The notes beneath the pieces were generated by a model that ran no database searches, was not told where the DNA came from, and worked only from the letters and a program-made list of their open reading frames with translations. The position numbers and the translations under genes were made by a program. From Candidatus Krumholzibacteriota bacterium (lineage in GTDB: Bacteria > Krumholzibacteriota > Krumholzibacteriia > JAJRXK01): DNA of 64,000 nt. Where the stretch lies: positions 10,581 to 74,580 of the forward strand of contig CAWDWO010000016.1 in NCBI GenBank assembly GCA_963806035.1, written 5' to 3'. How positions within the stretch are numbered: the stretch's first letter is position 1; every line of letters begins with the position of its first letter. This document shows positions 10,002 to 19,958 of the stretch, in pieces.

Positions 10002-13000
10002 TTACCACCCCGAACTCAGTCCGGCCTCGTTACCCGAGCAAGTTCCGATTCCCAGAGAGGCATCAGATCCGCTCGTGCCCATGGCCATCGTCATCTTGAG
10101 TGATTTCTGCACCGACAAACCTGCGCATAACTCGCAGGAGACACCGTCGAGGGAGAGCGTCGGTATACACTGCTGGAGTTCACCCGCCAAGGAAATGCTC
10201 GCGCACCCCTGAAGGTCGAACTGGCCATTGGTGTTGAGGATGCCCTTCGCCCCCAGTTCCGCCGAAACCTCTCCGCTGACTTTGGTGCAGGTGATGCTCG
10301 ACAGAATGAAGTAGGCGTGGATGAAGCCCATGGCGCCGATCCCCAGCTCGGTTCCCGGTCCGTCAAAGCTCATCCAGACGCGGGCGTCCAGTCCGGTCTC
10401 GCCGCCGAGATGCGCGGACACTGCACCCAGATTGAATCCCGTGTCGGGAATGCTGAATTGGGGGATGTTCTTGCGCCCGGTGAAAAAGAAGCCCGAGACA
10501 CCGTGCTGAAAGGCGGCAGGGATGTGCTTGTCGTACGCGAATTGCAGCAGGGTTTCGGTGACCACTTCGGGCATGGTGTCGTAGTCGCCGATCAGCATTC
10601 CCGCTTTGAGGTTGCCGAATCCGGACATGGTGACGGCGCCCCCGGTGAGGAAGTACCACCCGTCACCGTCGACGCACATGTTGGCCGTTCCCACGAAGTG
10701 CGTTCCCGAGAAGGTCTGGTCGATGTCGAGAGAGCCCGTCATCCTCCCGTGCGGGTAATCGTAGGTCATGGAAATGTCGCCGAAGGGCGTGGGGATGTTC
10801 TTTACATCGACCCCCTGATTATCCGCGGTGATGTCCCCATGCACCGTGAAGGTCTTCCGCGTGTCGCCCTGCATCCCCTTCGCGCCTTGCATGTCGCCGC
10901 TGAAGACGAACTTGCTCCAGTCGTTCGAACTCGTCGCGACGTGCATCTCGCCCTCGACCGAAGAGAGGCTGGTCTTGGTCTTTCCGATGGGTAGCGACTG
11001 TCCCAGCGGATCCACTTCGATCCAGGTCTTCTTGGTCGTTCGATGCAACTTCGTTTTCAAGACGACACCTTCGCTGGACTCGATCTTACCTTCGGCCAGG
11101 AAGCCATCCGTGCCGAGGGTTTGCGCTCCTTCGCTCTGGTGCGCGATGAACTTGACCTTGCCCGGCGCATCGAAGGCGAAGGGAATGGGCGAAAGGTCCA
11201 GCGCGGTCTTTCCCTCCTTCTGGCGGAAAGTCAAAGTGGCCTGGTAGCTGCTCGCCAAGCGCGGGATTCCGAGGTCCACCGTCCCGGAGATCTGAAAGTA
11301 ATCGTCGTAGGCGACGAGGTTGCCTGGCACGAGCGTAAAGACGTCGTAGAAGGTGACGGCGGGAGAGTTGGCGCCAAAACCGAGCAACTGCTCGCCATTG
11401 CTCAACAGGTCGATGGATTGTAGCGTGAATGCCGCGTCCTTCTTCATCCCGGGAAGTCCGCCGAGTTTGGCCGCCGGAGTTCCGCCGTCCGGTAAGAGTG
11501 AAAGCTTCCAGTGCCCCTTACGATCCTCTCCGACCTTGGGGTCATAGCCGAAGCCCGCGTTCTGGGTGAGCACCTCGAGCGGAGCGACTCCGCCCAAGGA
11601 GATCTTCTCGAGATCGACCTGACCAATCTGGAGGTCTGTCGGCGTGATGCGGAGGTTCTTGGCGGGAACGGTGATCGCGCCGGTGTTGATGGCCGCTGTC
11701 TGAAAGAGAATACCGTTGGTGGAGGCGGAGAGCTTCCATCCCGTGGCGTTCAACTTCCACTGCTCGAGGTTCAGCGAGACTGCACCGGGATTGTCGATGT
11801 CGAGCACGCCGGCAGGGCGAGCTCGTACCCAACCCGCGGGTATCTCGATCGGCTTCGGAGAGCTTTTGCCGACATCGGCGTGCAGGGTGGTGTCGATTGC
11901 GAGCGTATCCTTGCGTACGTAGGCACCGCCGGCCTTGGCCGTGGCGGTGAAGCCATGGAGCTTGTACGAGATGGCGCCGCTCGATTCACTTCCACGGATC
12001 GCGTAGGAGCTCGCGCTCACCTTTGCGGGATCCGAGGCGAATGCGATCACCGTCGTCTTCGTGGCATCGTTGCGCGGCGCAAGGTCGAGAGTCCCGGGGG
12101 CCATGAGGTTCGAGGAAAACGCGAAGCTCGAGGGTTCGATGCGCACTCGGCCGCGAATTTCGCCGCCTCCATCGCTGCCCGGCGCGACCGATACCATTTT
12201 GCCCTGATCCACGGGAAGGAGAGTGACATCGAAGGCATCGAAGAGCCGCAGGTCCACCTTGGATGCCATGGTTTGCACTGGCGGATTCTGTGGCACGGCG
12301 AAGGGAACTCCCTGAGCGTCCAGGCTCGCGCCTTTTTGCAGGGATACGTCGTGAAACTGGAGGGTGAGCTTCGATTCCTTGGGTTTGAAGCAGGAGTTCT
12401 CCGGCAGCTTCACAAAAGCGCCGTCGATGGTCACCACGCCAGCGGATTCCTGTAGGGAGCTGATTTCGATGGGGAAGCCGAGCAGCTGCGTGATGTCCAT
12501 GTCGTTGTAGATGGACAGACTCAAGTTTACCGGCTGGTCGGTGGGTACGGTGATCGTCTTGGAATCACCCACGTAGGTTACGGTATTCGAGGATCGAGTG
12601 GCATGGATGGTCACTTGATCAGGGCTCAGAGGTATGCCGTGAAGCGTGTACTTCCCTCCCTCGGCGCTGGTGGTCTCCACGGGAATGACATCGGAGCCAT
12701 TTCCCACCTCGGCGTAGACGTGAGCGTCGGCGACGGCCACCGAATCACCCACGGTGACCACACCTGAGATGTGTGCGGCAGGATCCAGAACACATTGGTA
12801 GTCGCTGGCCGCGGTATTCGAAAGGTTGAAGAAGCGATAGTAGCGCGCCACGTAGTCGGTATCTTGCGGCGGAGTGACTTTCGCCTTGAAATTGACTCCC
12901 TGATTGTCGAAGACGAAGCTAACGAGCCCGCGCGGATCGGTCTTCTTGACTTGGCCCAATATTTCCACGCTGGCTCCAGCCAGCGGTTTGAGCTTGGGCA

Positions 13001-15710
13001 CCATGGTGAGAGTGAGGTCGCTCGTGTCTCTTCCGCGCAATACCGTAATGCGGACGCGATGACGTCTTCGCACGAACTGGAACTTGCCGAGATTCACCGG
13101 CTTGTCGGACTTCGGGATGTCCACCGTGAAGCTCTTGGAAGGATAGTCCTTGTTGCTGGGGATGATGGTCAGTGTCTGGTTCTTCCCCGAAGGCGCTCGC
13201 AGGTGGAAGATCTGCGCTCCCAAAAACCAATCGGTCGAGCTGGAAATCCCGCTGGAAAAATGCACTTCCGCCGGTATCCCGGCACCGGTCTCCAGGTCGG
13301 ACACGGTCCCGAAGACTTTCCCGTCGGGTTCGAGTTTGACTTCGGACGTGAGATCGAGCTGCCGTCCCCAGGCCAGGATGCCCAGCTTCTTCTTCCACTG
13401 AGAATAACCCTGTTTGTACGCGTAGAGCGTTCGATTTGGTCCCACCAAAGCTCCGCTCTTGTCCTCTTGTACGTCGAGATGATTGAACTGGAAGTAGCCC
13501 TGCGGGCCGCTCTGCGTCGACAGCCAGGGCCACTGCTTCTCACTACTTTCGCCGGAGAAAAGTTGGGAGAAGACATCCCCGCTGATTTCTTTGTACTCGC
13601 TCTGGAGTACTAGCTGTGCCTGCGGGATGGGCGTGTTCTGGTTGGATGCATCCATGACGCGTCCGAGGATGCGCGGGTTCAAAGGGCTCAGAAAGGCGGC
13701 CGTTTGGTAGACGTCCTTGTACGAGTGCTGGCTGTTGAAGAGGGGGTGAGAATTGTACTGTTCCGGGTAGGCCCAGTAGCCGAGATGAGATTCGTAATTG
13801 TAGTTGCCCTTGGTTTTGGAAGTCGAAACGTAGAAGTAGTAGACGTCGTTATCATTCCACGGCCGCACCACGCGCGAAAACTCCGCGAAACCATCCGGGT
13901 CGGTCAGGGTCTCATCGACTACCGAGAATGTGCCCTGAGGGAGAGTGATCTTGCGGTGCGCACTCGGATCCCCTTCATCGGCAGGAATCTCCCAATTTCG
14001 TGGATGTTTGCGGAGCACCATCACGCTCGCGCCGGGAATCTTTCCCGTGGCCTGTTGGTTCTGCTTGAAGATGTCAGGCACCACTTTTAAGCGAAACAGG
14101 TAGGTCTTGACCCAGGAAACCATCGTGCCCAGATCGGTGCTGCCCCAGGGCTGGATCACGATGTCTCTGTCGGGACTGCAATAGTAGGGACTGTCGACGA
14201 TGAGACGCAGAGTGCGCGTGATCTTCTGGGCGGAGAGCTCGTCCTTGAGACTGCCTTGTTGATTGTATTTGTTGTCGACGAACTCGCTGACGTTCTCCTC
14301 GAATACTCCGGTCTTGAACCCTTGCTCGAAGTGGAAAGAGAATTCCCCGTCGCTCTGGGTCGTCGTGGTGGCGATCACCTTGTCGATCTCGGGAAACAGC
14401 TCGTTGATGTCCTTGTTCGAGTACCCTTGTTTGAGCAATGCTCCTCTGGACAGAACGATCTCGTTCTGGTCTTTCGCGCCGTAGTTACCCAGGTGCCCGT
14501 TTAGAATGCGGTAGGTCATGACGAGGCTCACCCGCACGCCGCCGAGAGCTTCAGAGCCCGCGGGATCGATGAAACCCGACTCATAATAGGTTTGATCAGG
14601 ATTGAATTGCTGGTTACCGATGGTAGCTGAACCCGCGCTGGAGCTTAGGGCTCCCCCGTTGTTCGAAGCGGAATCCTTGCCGTAGGGTTTGAACTTGTAG
14701 GCGAGCTTGCCCCGTACGGAGCTGAAGGGGGCGTCGGGCAAGTTCACCGGAGCTTGAGAGTTGAGGGTCGGCCCATTCTTGTTTCCGCTGGGCTTTACCG
14801 TAATGGGGGGCAGAAGAGCCTGGACCGAATCTCCCCAGGTGAACGAGCACACTTCGCTGTGCCCGTCATTCGCGAAGGGGATGTTGAGTTCGTCGTTTCG
14901 TACCGTGACGCGCCAGGCATAGCGGCGTCCCGCTTCGAATAGCGGTTGCGAGGGGCCGTAGAAGAACGAGGTCCCTGAAACCTGCTGGTCGAAGAACTCG
15001 GGCGTCGTGGCGCTTCGCATCGCATCCTCGGGCGCCATCTCGGGATCGAGCATCTCGACGATTTCGAGTTCGTAAGTGGTGGTGCCGGGCGGCGCTCCCG
15101 GTGCCGGGGACCAGGAAAAAGTAACGGCCTGGAGCGCCTGGGGACTGATCGTCTCGCCGCAGGGAGGGGCGATCAGATAGGGCGGTTCAGCGGCCTGGAT
15201 CTGGAACGAGTTGCTACACCCCGCCGGCGAGGGGGGCGAATGCACGATTTCCCGATCACAGATGGAAGCCGGACAGATCGATTGAAAGCACAGCTGATAG
15301 CTGCCGGGGGGGAGGCCCTTGTCGTAGTACTGATCCCGGGTCATTCCGCTGAAGAGCAGATTTGAAGGATCGAAGAGGGGTGCGAGATCGGCTCCGGAGA
15401 GGACGACCGGGGCTGTGCCGACAGCGATGGGAAACGGCGCTCCGGGATCGAATCCCGGAGGCGTTCTGAGTTCGATTCCGTTGTCTCCAACGAGCTGCAT
15501 CGATAAGTAATCTTCCGCTGAGCCGTCTGGGGTGGTGGCGATCAGCGTCACCCGCGTGTGATCGGAAATGGAGAAGAGGTCGTTCGTAACCGTTCCGGTC
15601 ACCTGCGTGCTCACGGTAAGATCGTACTGCGCCGAGGCACGCGTGGCTCCCAGTAGAGCCATGGCTCCCACGAGGATCGCGGCCAGAATGTTCTTAGAAG
15701 GAGACCGCAT
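10002..15710 (-). CDS. Giant secreted protein (1902 aa) with TANFOR-like N-terminal domain, carboxypeptidase-regulatory-like repeats and a beta-rich C-terminal half
   Basis: ATG at 15710 with GGAGG RBS; signal peptide ...RASA|Q; N-terminus LPPG.YQLCF...EPP.L..P...F.W.P...YGP..P....G.RYAWRV...F.N.G.SEV..F resembles Bacteroidota TANFOR proteins (recognised by eye). Confidence 0.7.
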   Translation of the reverse strand: MRSPSKNILAAILVGAMALLGATRASAQYDLTVSTQVTGTVTNDLFSISDHTRVTLIATTPDGSAEDYLSMQLVGDNGIELRTPPGFDPGAPFPIAVGTAPVVLSGADLAPLFDPSNLLFSGMTRDQYYDKGLPPGSYQLCFQSICPASICDREIVHSPPSPAGCSNSFQIQAAEPPYLIAPPCGETISPQALQAVTFSWSPAPGAPPGTTTYELEIVEMLDPEMAPEDAMRSATTPEFFDQQVSGTSFFYGPSQPLFEAGRRYAWRVTVRNDELNIPFANDGHSEVCSFTWGDSVQALLPPITVKPSGNKNGPTLNSQAPVNLPDAPFSSVRGKLAYKFKPYGKDSASNNGGALSSSAGSATIGNQQFNPDQTYYESGFIDPAGSEALGGVRVSLVMTYRILNGHLGNYGAKDQNEIVLSRGALLKQGYSNKDINELFPEIDKVIATTTTQSDGEFSFHFEQGFKTGVFEENVSEFVDNKYNQQGSLKDELSAQKITRTLRLIVDSPYYCSPDRDIVIQPWGSTDLGTMVSWVKTYLFRLKVVPDIFKQNQQATGKIPGASVMVLRKHPRNWEIPADEGDPSAHRKITLPQGTFSVVDETLTDPDGFAEFSRVVRPWNDNDVYYFYVSTSKTKGNYNYESHLGYWAYPEQYNSHPLFNSQHSYKDVYQTAAFLSPLNPRILGRVMDASNQNTPIPQAQLVLQSEYKEISGDVFSQLFSGESSEKQWPWLSTQSGPQGYFQFNHLDVQEDKSGALVGPNRTLYAYKQGYSQWKKKLGILAWGRQLDLTSEVKLEPDGKVFGTVSDLETGAGIPAEVHFSSGISSSTDWFLGAQIFHLRAPSGKNQTLTIIPSNKDYPSKSFTVDIPKSDKPVNLGKFQFVRRRHRVRITVLRGRDTSDLTLTMVPKLKPLAGASVEILGQVKKTDPRGLVSFVFDNQGVNFKAKVTPPQDTDYVARYYRFFNLSNTAASDYQCVLDPAAHISGVVTVGDSVAVADAHVYAEVGNGSDVIPVETTSAEGGKYTLHGIPLSPDQVTIHATRSSNTVTYVGDSKTITVPTDQPVNLSLSIYNDMDITQLLGFPIEISSLQESAGVVTIDGAFVKLPENSCFKPKESKLTLQFHDVSLQKGASLDAQGVPFAVPQNPPVQTMASKVDLRLFDAFDVTLLPVDQGKMVSVAPGSDGGGEIRGRVRIEPSSFAFSSNLMAPGTLDLAPRNDATKTTVIAFASDPAKVSASSYAIRGSESSGAISYKLHGFTATAKAGGAYVRKDTLAIDTTLHADVGKSSPKPIEIPAGWVRARPAGVLDIDNPGAVSLNLEQWKLNATGWKLSASTNGILFQTAAINTGAITVPAKNLRITPTDLQIGQVDLEKISLGGVAPLEVLTQNAGFGYDPKVGEDRKGHWKLSLLPDGGTPAAKLGGLPGMKKDAAFTLQSIDLLSNGEQLLGFGANSPAVTFYDVFTLVPGNLVAYDDYFQISGTVDLGIPRLASSYQATLTFRQKEGKTALDLSPIPFAFDAPGKVKFIAHQSEGAQTLGTDGFLAEGKIESSEGVVLKTKLHRTTKKTWIEVDPLGQSLPIGKTKTSLSSVEGEMHVATSSNDWSKFVFSGDMQGAKGMQGDTRKTFTVHGDITADNQGVDVKNIPTPFGDISMTYDYPHGRMTGSLDIDQTFSGTHFVGTANMCVDGDGWYFLTGGAVTMSGFGNLKAGMLIGDYDTMPEVVTETLLQFAYDKHIPAAFQHGVSGFFFTGRKNIPQFSIPDTGFNLGAVSAHLGGETGLDARVWMSFDGPGTELGIGAMGFIHAYFILSSITCTKVSGEVSAELGAKGILNTNGQFDLQGCASISLAGELQQCIPTLSLDGVSCELCAGLSVQKSLKMTMAMGTSGSDASLGIGTCSGNEAGLSSGW

Positions 15711-17472
15711 ACGAAACCTCCCCACGTCTTTCGGTATAGGAAGTGGCTCCCGAGGACTTCGCGGTGTTGTCGTGCACGTAGAACCGAGCTGTCACCCGCT
15801 GGCGTTTGCCCTCCCTGAGCGAAGCGTTGAGCTGAAAGGTATTCGTGTCGTCCGTATCCGTCCCGTCGACGGAAGTCGTACTCATCGCCAAAGAAGCCCC
15901 CAGAGTGAGCTTGTGCTGCATCAATGCGAGATTCGCGCCCACGAGTGGCCCCGCGACTTTCGTCTTGCTGGTGGAGAGATCGTACACGGAACGGTTGAAG
16001 CCCCCGGTCAAGCTCAAGTTCCAGGGAATCCAGGTGAACACGTAGGCAGCATTGAGTTGAGAAGAGGTGTAGCTCTGATCGACGAGCCCGTTCTTCGTCT
16101 TGTCCTGCATGTCCTGCAGTGACCACACCAGGGACAGATTGTGAGCGGCGCGATCGCGCACCAGCGAAAGCGTCTGGGTCACCCCGATGTTGTTGGTGGC
16201 CTGTGCAATCTTGGTGGAGGTGCTGTCGATCTGGCTTCTGCCGGCCTTCTGGTCGATGGAATAGTTCGAATAGGAAACGCCGGCGCTGTATTGCGGCAGC
16301 GGAGTCCAGTCGAGTCGCGTCGAACCGATGACTCGGTTCGTTTGTAGGTCCTTGTTGTCGCTGAGATTGTCGCGCTGCAAACCGAGACTCGCGCTGCCTC
16401 GGAGCTTCCTCTTGAATGCAATGACGGTGGGCTCGATCGTGATCTTCTGAAGATCGTTGTTGAAGTAATAGGCCCCCATCGATCGGTATTTGGGGTCGAT
16501 GCGTTCGAAGCGGAGTTTCGCTCCACCCCACTGGTCCTTCCAGTGAAGCGCCGCGTCGATCGCATTCGATTCTGTCGTGCTCTCCCGGTGGTCCATGAGA
16601 AAACCGAAGGCCTTGAGCAGAGGGCCCTGATAGCTGCCGTCCAATGGACTGTTCGTGTTATCGGTATAGGCACTTTGGGCCCACTCGAAGCTGAAGCTCA
16701 GGCGGGGAGTGAGCAGAGCCTTCGTGACCAAGCTCACCGCGAGGTTCTCCTCCGGCAGGGCATTGACCGCGGACGGCGTGATGTCCAAGGAGTTCTCGTC
16801 GTCTTTCCCATGAAGGACGACCAACGAGGCGCTGTCCTTCTCGTTGCTCGCGCCGATTCGCATTGCATAACCATTGCGCTTGTACACCGGCTGCACGACA
16901 CCCGCAGTCGCCGTGCTGTCGGGTTCGATGGCGCGGCGCAGACGACCGCTGATGAATCCGACCTGAAGTCCTCCGGGAGCCAGTTCGAAACCTCCGCCCA
17001 AAATGCTGTGTCCGGCGAGCGTGAATCGTGACCAGGAGAGACTGCGGTAACCCACGTGCAGGGTGGCCCAGCGGTAGTAAGGGCTCGCGCCGAAGCGATT
17101 CAGCGGCTGCCGGAAGTCACGGTTCTGTTCGCTGAGGGTAAAGTTGAGCGGAACCGTCCACCCGTAGAGCTCGAGGGTCGGGTTGCCTCTGAGCACCCAG
17201 CTATTCGGCTCGCGGGAGGCCGTCCGTCCGTCCACACTGTAGGAGGCGAGACCGGCTGAGATGGTGCCATGAACCTTGAGCGCGGGAGCGTGTCCTAGCT
17301 CTTCGAGATTCTGCGCCTTCAGAGGAGCGGCGAGCAGGGACAGGGTTCCCAGGACTGCGACGGCGAAACTTCGCAACGCGCAGGTCCTGTGGATGGTGAC
17401 ATGGACAGGACGAAAGGGTAAGAGCCGACCTTGAAGAATCATGACGATGATCTTTGACGAGCTGCTCGTCAT
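15694..17472 (-). CDS. Predicted outer-membrane beta-barrel protein
   Basis: Signal peptide ...PLKA|Q, alternating amphipathic beta strands throughout, C-terminal beta-signal-like EVSYAVSF; true start is uncertain and may lie downstream of 17472. Confidence 0.75.
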   Translation of the reverse strand: MTSSSSKIIVMILQGRLLPFRPVHVTIHRTCALRSFAVAVLGTLSLLAAPLKAQNLEELGHAPALKVHGTISAGLASYSVDGRTASREPNSWVLRGNPTLELYGWTVPLNFTLSEQNRDFRQPLNRFGASPYYRWATLHVGYRSLSWSRFTLAGHSILGGGFELAPGGLQVGFISGRLRRAIEPDSTATAGVVQPVYKRNGYAMRIGASNEKDSASLVVLHGKDDENSLDITPSAVNALPEENLAVSLVTKALLTPRLSFSFEWAQSAYTDNTNSPLDGSYQGPLLKAFGFLMDHRESTTESNAIDAALHWKDQWGGAKLRFERIDPKYRSMGAYYFNNDLQKITIEPTVIAFKRKLRGSASLGLQRDNLSDNKDLQTNRVIGSTRLDWTPLPQYSAGVSYSNYSIDQKAGRSQIDSTSTKIAQATNNIGVTQTLSLVRDRAAHNLSLVWSLQDMQDKTKNGLVDQSYTSSQLNAAYVFTWIPWNLSLTGGFNRSVYDLSTSKTKVAGPLVGANLALMQHKLTLGASLAMSTTSVDGTDTDDTNTFQLNASLREGKRQRVTARFYVHDNTAKSSGATSYTERRGEVSYAVSF

Positions 17473-17635
17473 CGACTTGGGCAGGCTAGTCCTGTGCGAT
17501 CGGGATGGTCAAGGACGAAACTTTGCAAATTGTTCGAAGAAAAGAGCTTAAGAGTACGATATCCGGAGACCGTGAGATCTTGGATCTGACTCTCCGCAGT
17601 CGTGTGGTATCGTGTGCGGCGAAGGAAGTGGTTCT

Positions 17636-18379
17636 ATGAGCGCTAGTTTCTATCTCATCACCGGGACCTCGCGGGGAATCGGCGAGTCCTTGGCGAGCCG
17701 ATTGTTGGGCGAGGGGCACCTGGTCTTGGGCGTGTCCCGATCCAACGCCGAGGGCCTGCAGTCGGAAAACTACCATCATCTGAAATGCGATTTGGCGGAC
17801 GCTTCAGCGGCCAGCCAGATCGTGACGAAGGCAGAATCCCTGGTGCAGGAAAAGAGCTGCGAGTTTCTCTGTCTCGTCAACAACGCAGCGCGCCTGGAAC
17901 CTCTCAAATCGATCGAGGAGTGTTCGAGTTTCGAACTCGAAGCCCACATCCAAATCGGCCTCATCGCCCCGATGGCCCTGACTTCCAGGTTCATTCAAAC
18001 CTTCGCGCCGCTCGCCTGTCGCAAGAAAGTCGCCTTCATCTCTTCCGGCGCCGCCGTTCAAGCCATGCCCGGGGCCAGCGCCTACTGTAGTGCCAAGGCC
18101 GGCTTGACCATGTTCGCGCGCTGCGTCGGGCTCGAGCAGAGCCAGCAGGAGGGAGGCTTCGAGACGGTGGCCATCAATCCCGGAATGGTGGAAACCTCCA
18201 TGCAAGTCACGGCGCGTTCCAAAACGGACGAAGAATTCATGATGGCTCCCTATTTCAAGGAAGCTCAGGCGAGCGGGAAGGTGCAGGAACTTGCTCCGGT
18301 GGTGGAGAATATCGCGAGGATCTTGATGCAACATCAAGATCCGGGAACGCTCATCAATTGTGCCGAGATGGAATCCTGA
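17636..18379 (+). CDS. SDR oxidoreductase (benzil/sepiapterin reductase-like)
   Basis: ITGTSRGIG, VNNA, SSGAA, YCSAK, PGMVET motifs. Confidence 0.85.
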   Translation: MSASFYLITGTSRGIGESLASRLLGEGHLVLGVSRSNAEGLQSENYHHLKCDLADASAASQIVTKAESLVQEKSCEFLCLVNNAARLEPLKSIEECSSFELEAHIQIGLIAPMALTSRFIQTFAPLACRKKVAFISSGAAVQAMPGASAYCSAKAGLTMFARCVGLEQSQQEGGFETVAINPGMVETSMQVTARSKTDEEFMMAPYFKEAQASGKVQELAPVVENIARILMQHQDPGTLINCAEMES

Positions 18380-18436
18380 GGCTCCGTTGGTTCGAGGAGC
18401 AAGTGGATCTCGAGTCTTTCAAACGAGGTGAGAAGA

Positions 18437-19105
18437 ATGCACAGACTGGTGGCACTCATCGCATTCTCGATGGCTCTTGTGATCGTGGGAGGAGCTGAGG
18501 CCAGCGAACTGAGCCTAGAAGCAACGCTCAGCGGACACGACGAGCGCGAAGATGGCGCCGCAGGGTGTCTTCAGGAAGCGGCGTTCAGCGTGGGCCTGCC
18601 CAGCTCACAACCCAACTTGAGAGTGGGGGGTGAAGCGGCGGGTTGTGATTCGGAGTGGGCCGCTTTCTTCGAATTCGATCTGAATACGGTGCCAGCGACG
18701 GAGCAGATCTACAGCGCGACTCTGGTGGTGCGTAAGACGGGCTACTCGGATGACTCGCAGGGCTTCGCCTATATCGGAGCATTCCCTTATTTGGCTAGCG
18801 GCGAGGAGCTTCTCGTGCCGCGCGAGGATCTGGATCCGCAGACTGCCCTGGATATCGTCTATCCCTCGGCGGTCAACGGCGACCTCAGCTTCGATGTCAC
18901 GAGCGTCATCCAAGACTGGGTCGCTCACGGAGCGGACCGGGCGGGCTTGCTTCTCGCGGGGATTTACTCGGAGGCGGGTTACGAGGACTGGATCTCCGTG
19001 GGCGGGCACGGAAGCACGGCGCCGCCGAGGCTAGAAATTCAGTATCAGAGCACGGTGGGTTCCCACCCCATGAGCTTGTCGTCGATCAAGGCCGGCTTTC
19101 GTTAG
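18437..19105 (+). CDS. Secreted DNRLRE-like domain protein with variant tail SLSSIKAGFR
   Basis: Signal peptide; F.FDL..VP....I.SATL, FDVT..IQDW, P.L.I.Y motifs; GAGGTG RBS before ATG 18437. Confidence 0.65.
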   Translation: MHRLVALIAFSMALVIVGGAEASELSLEATLSGHDEREDGAAGCLQEAAFSVGLPSSQPNLRVGGEAAGCDSEWAAFFEFDLNTVPATEQIYSATLVVRKTGYSDDSQGFAYIGAFPYLASGEELLVPREDLDPQTALDIVYPSAVNGDLSFDVTSVIQDWVAHGADRAGLLLAGIYSEAGYEDWISVGGHGSTAPPRLEIQYQSTVGSHPMSLSSIKAGFR

Positions 19106-19141
19106 TTAGGCCCGAGCCCGGTCCTAAAAAGGAGAACGAGA

Positions 19142-19618
19142 ATGAACCCTCTTAGCCGTGGAATTTTCTTCGCTATGATTGGTATGTTCCTCTACATGAG
19201 CGGATGTGCAAAACAGCCAGAAATCGCCGACCAGCGCGCGCTGCTCCTTCAAACGGATCGGGAGTTCTCCGCCTATTCCGCGCTACACGGCGCGGCCGAA
19301 GCATTCAAAGAGTATCTGGTGGAGGACGCACTTCAGCTGCCGGCGGGGGAGGCTCCCATTCACGGACGGGACAGCATCTACGAGGCGATGTCCAAGAACA
19401 GCGGCTCTTACACTCTCAGCTGGGAACCACAGGATGGCGCGGTCGCGGCTTCGGGGGACATGGCCTACACCTGGGGTGTCTATACCGTCAAAGTACCCAA
19501 CCAGGATGGAAGCGAGACGACGAGTCAGGGGAAGTACTTGAACGTATGGCGGAAGACGGTCGATGGGCAGTGGAGAGTGCTGATCGACATGGGGAATCAA
19601 AATCCGCCTGCCGAATGA
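19142..19618 (+). CDS. NTF2-like (DUF4440/SnoaL) lipoprotein
   Basis: Lipobox-like MSGC; L.WEP....VA.SGDMAYTWG.Y and GKY.NVWRK..DG.W.V..D motifs. Confidence 0.8.
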   Translation: MNPLSRGIFFAMIGMFLYMSGCAKQPEIADQRALLLQTDREFSAYSALHGAAEAFKEYLVEDALQLPAGEAPIHGRDSIYEAMSKNSGSYTLSWEPQDGAVAASGDMAYTWGVYTVKVPNQDGSETTSQGKYLNVWRKTVDGQWRVLIDMGNQNPPAE

Positions 19619-19650
19619 GTTTGTTGGTTTGGGGTGTGGGAATCCGCCGG

Positions 19651-19818
19651 CTAGAAATCGTCGAAGTCCTCGTCATCGTCATCGAACTCATCCCGAGAAC
19701 GCTCGGGCTCGCCGCCCTGGCGCTTCAGGCGTTTTCGCTCCAGTTTTTCTTCTCGCTTCTTTTTCTTCTTCAGCTCCTTCTTTCGTTTTTCCGCCCCATA
19801 GTTGGTCCGTTTCGCCAT
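19651..19818 (-). CDS. Small (55 aa) charge-polarised protein MAKRTNYGAEKRKKELKKKKKREEKLERKRLKRQGGEPERSRDEFDDDDEDFDDF
   Basis: Translated by hand (below the ORF-track cutoff); AGGAGG RBS upstream; fills a gap otherwise covered only by spurious ORFs. Confidence 0.75.
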   Translation of the reverse strand: MAKRTNYGAEKRKKELKKKKKREEKLERKRLKRQGGEPERSRDEFDDDDEDFDDF

Positions 19819-19958
19819 TGCGTCGAGTACCTCCTGACTCGCTCGGGATCCTCGGGCCGTCCGCGCTGGTCACGACTGTCGTGCCCATCGCCGAAATTCA
19901 GCCTCGCCTAGATTTTATCCGATCCGAGCCAGCGAGGGAATTGCCAAAGGTCCCGGAT

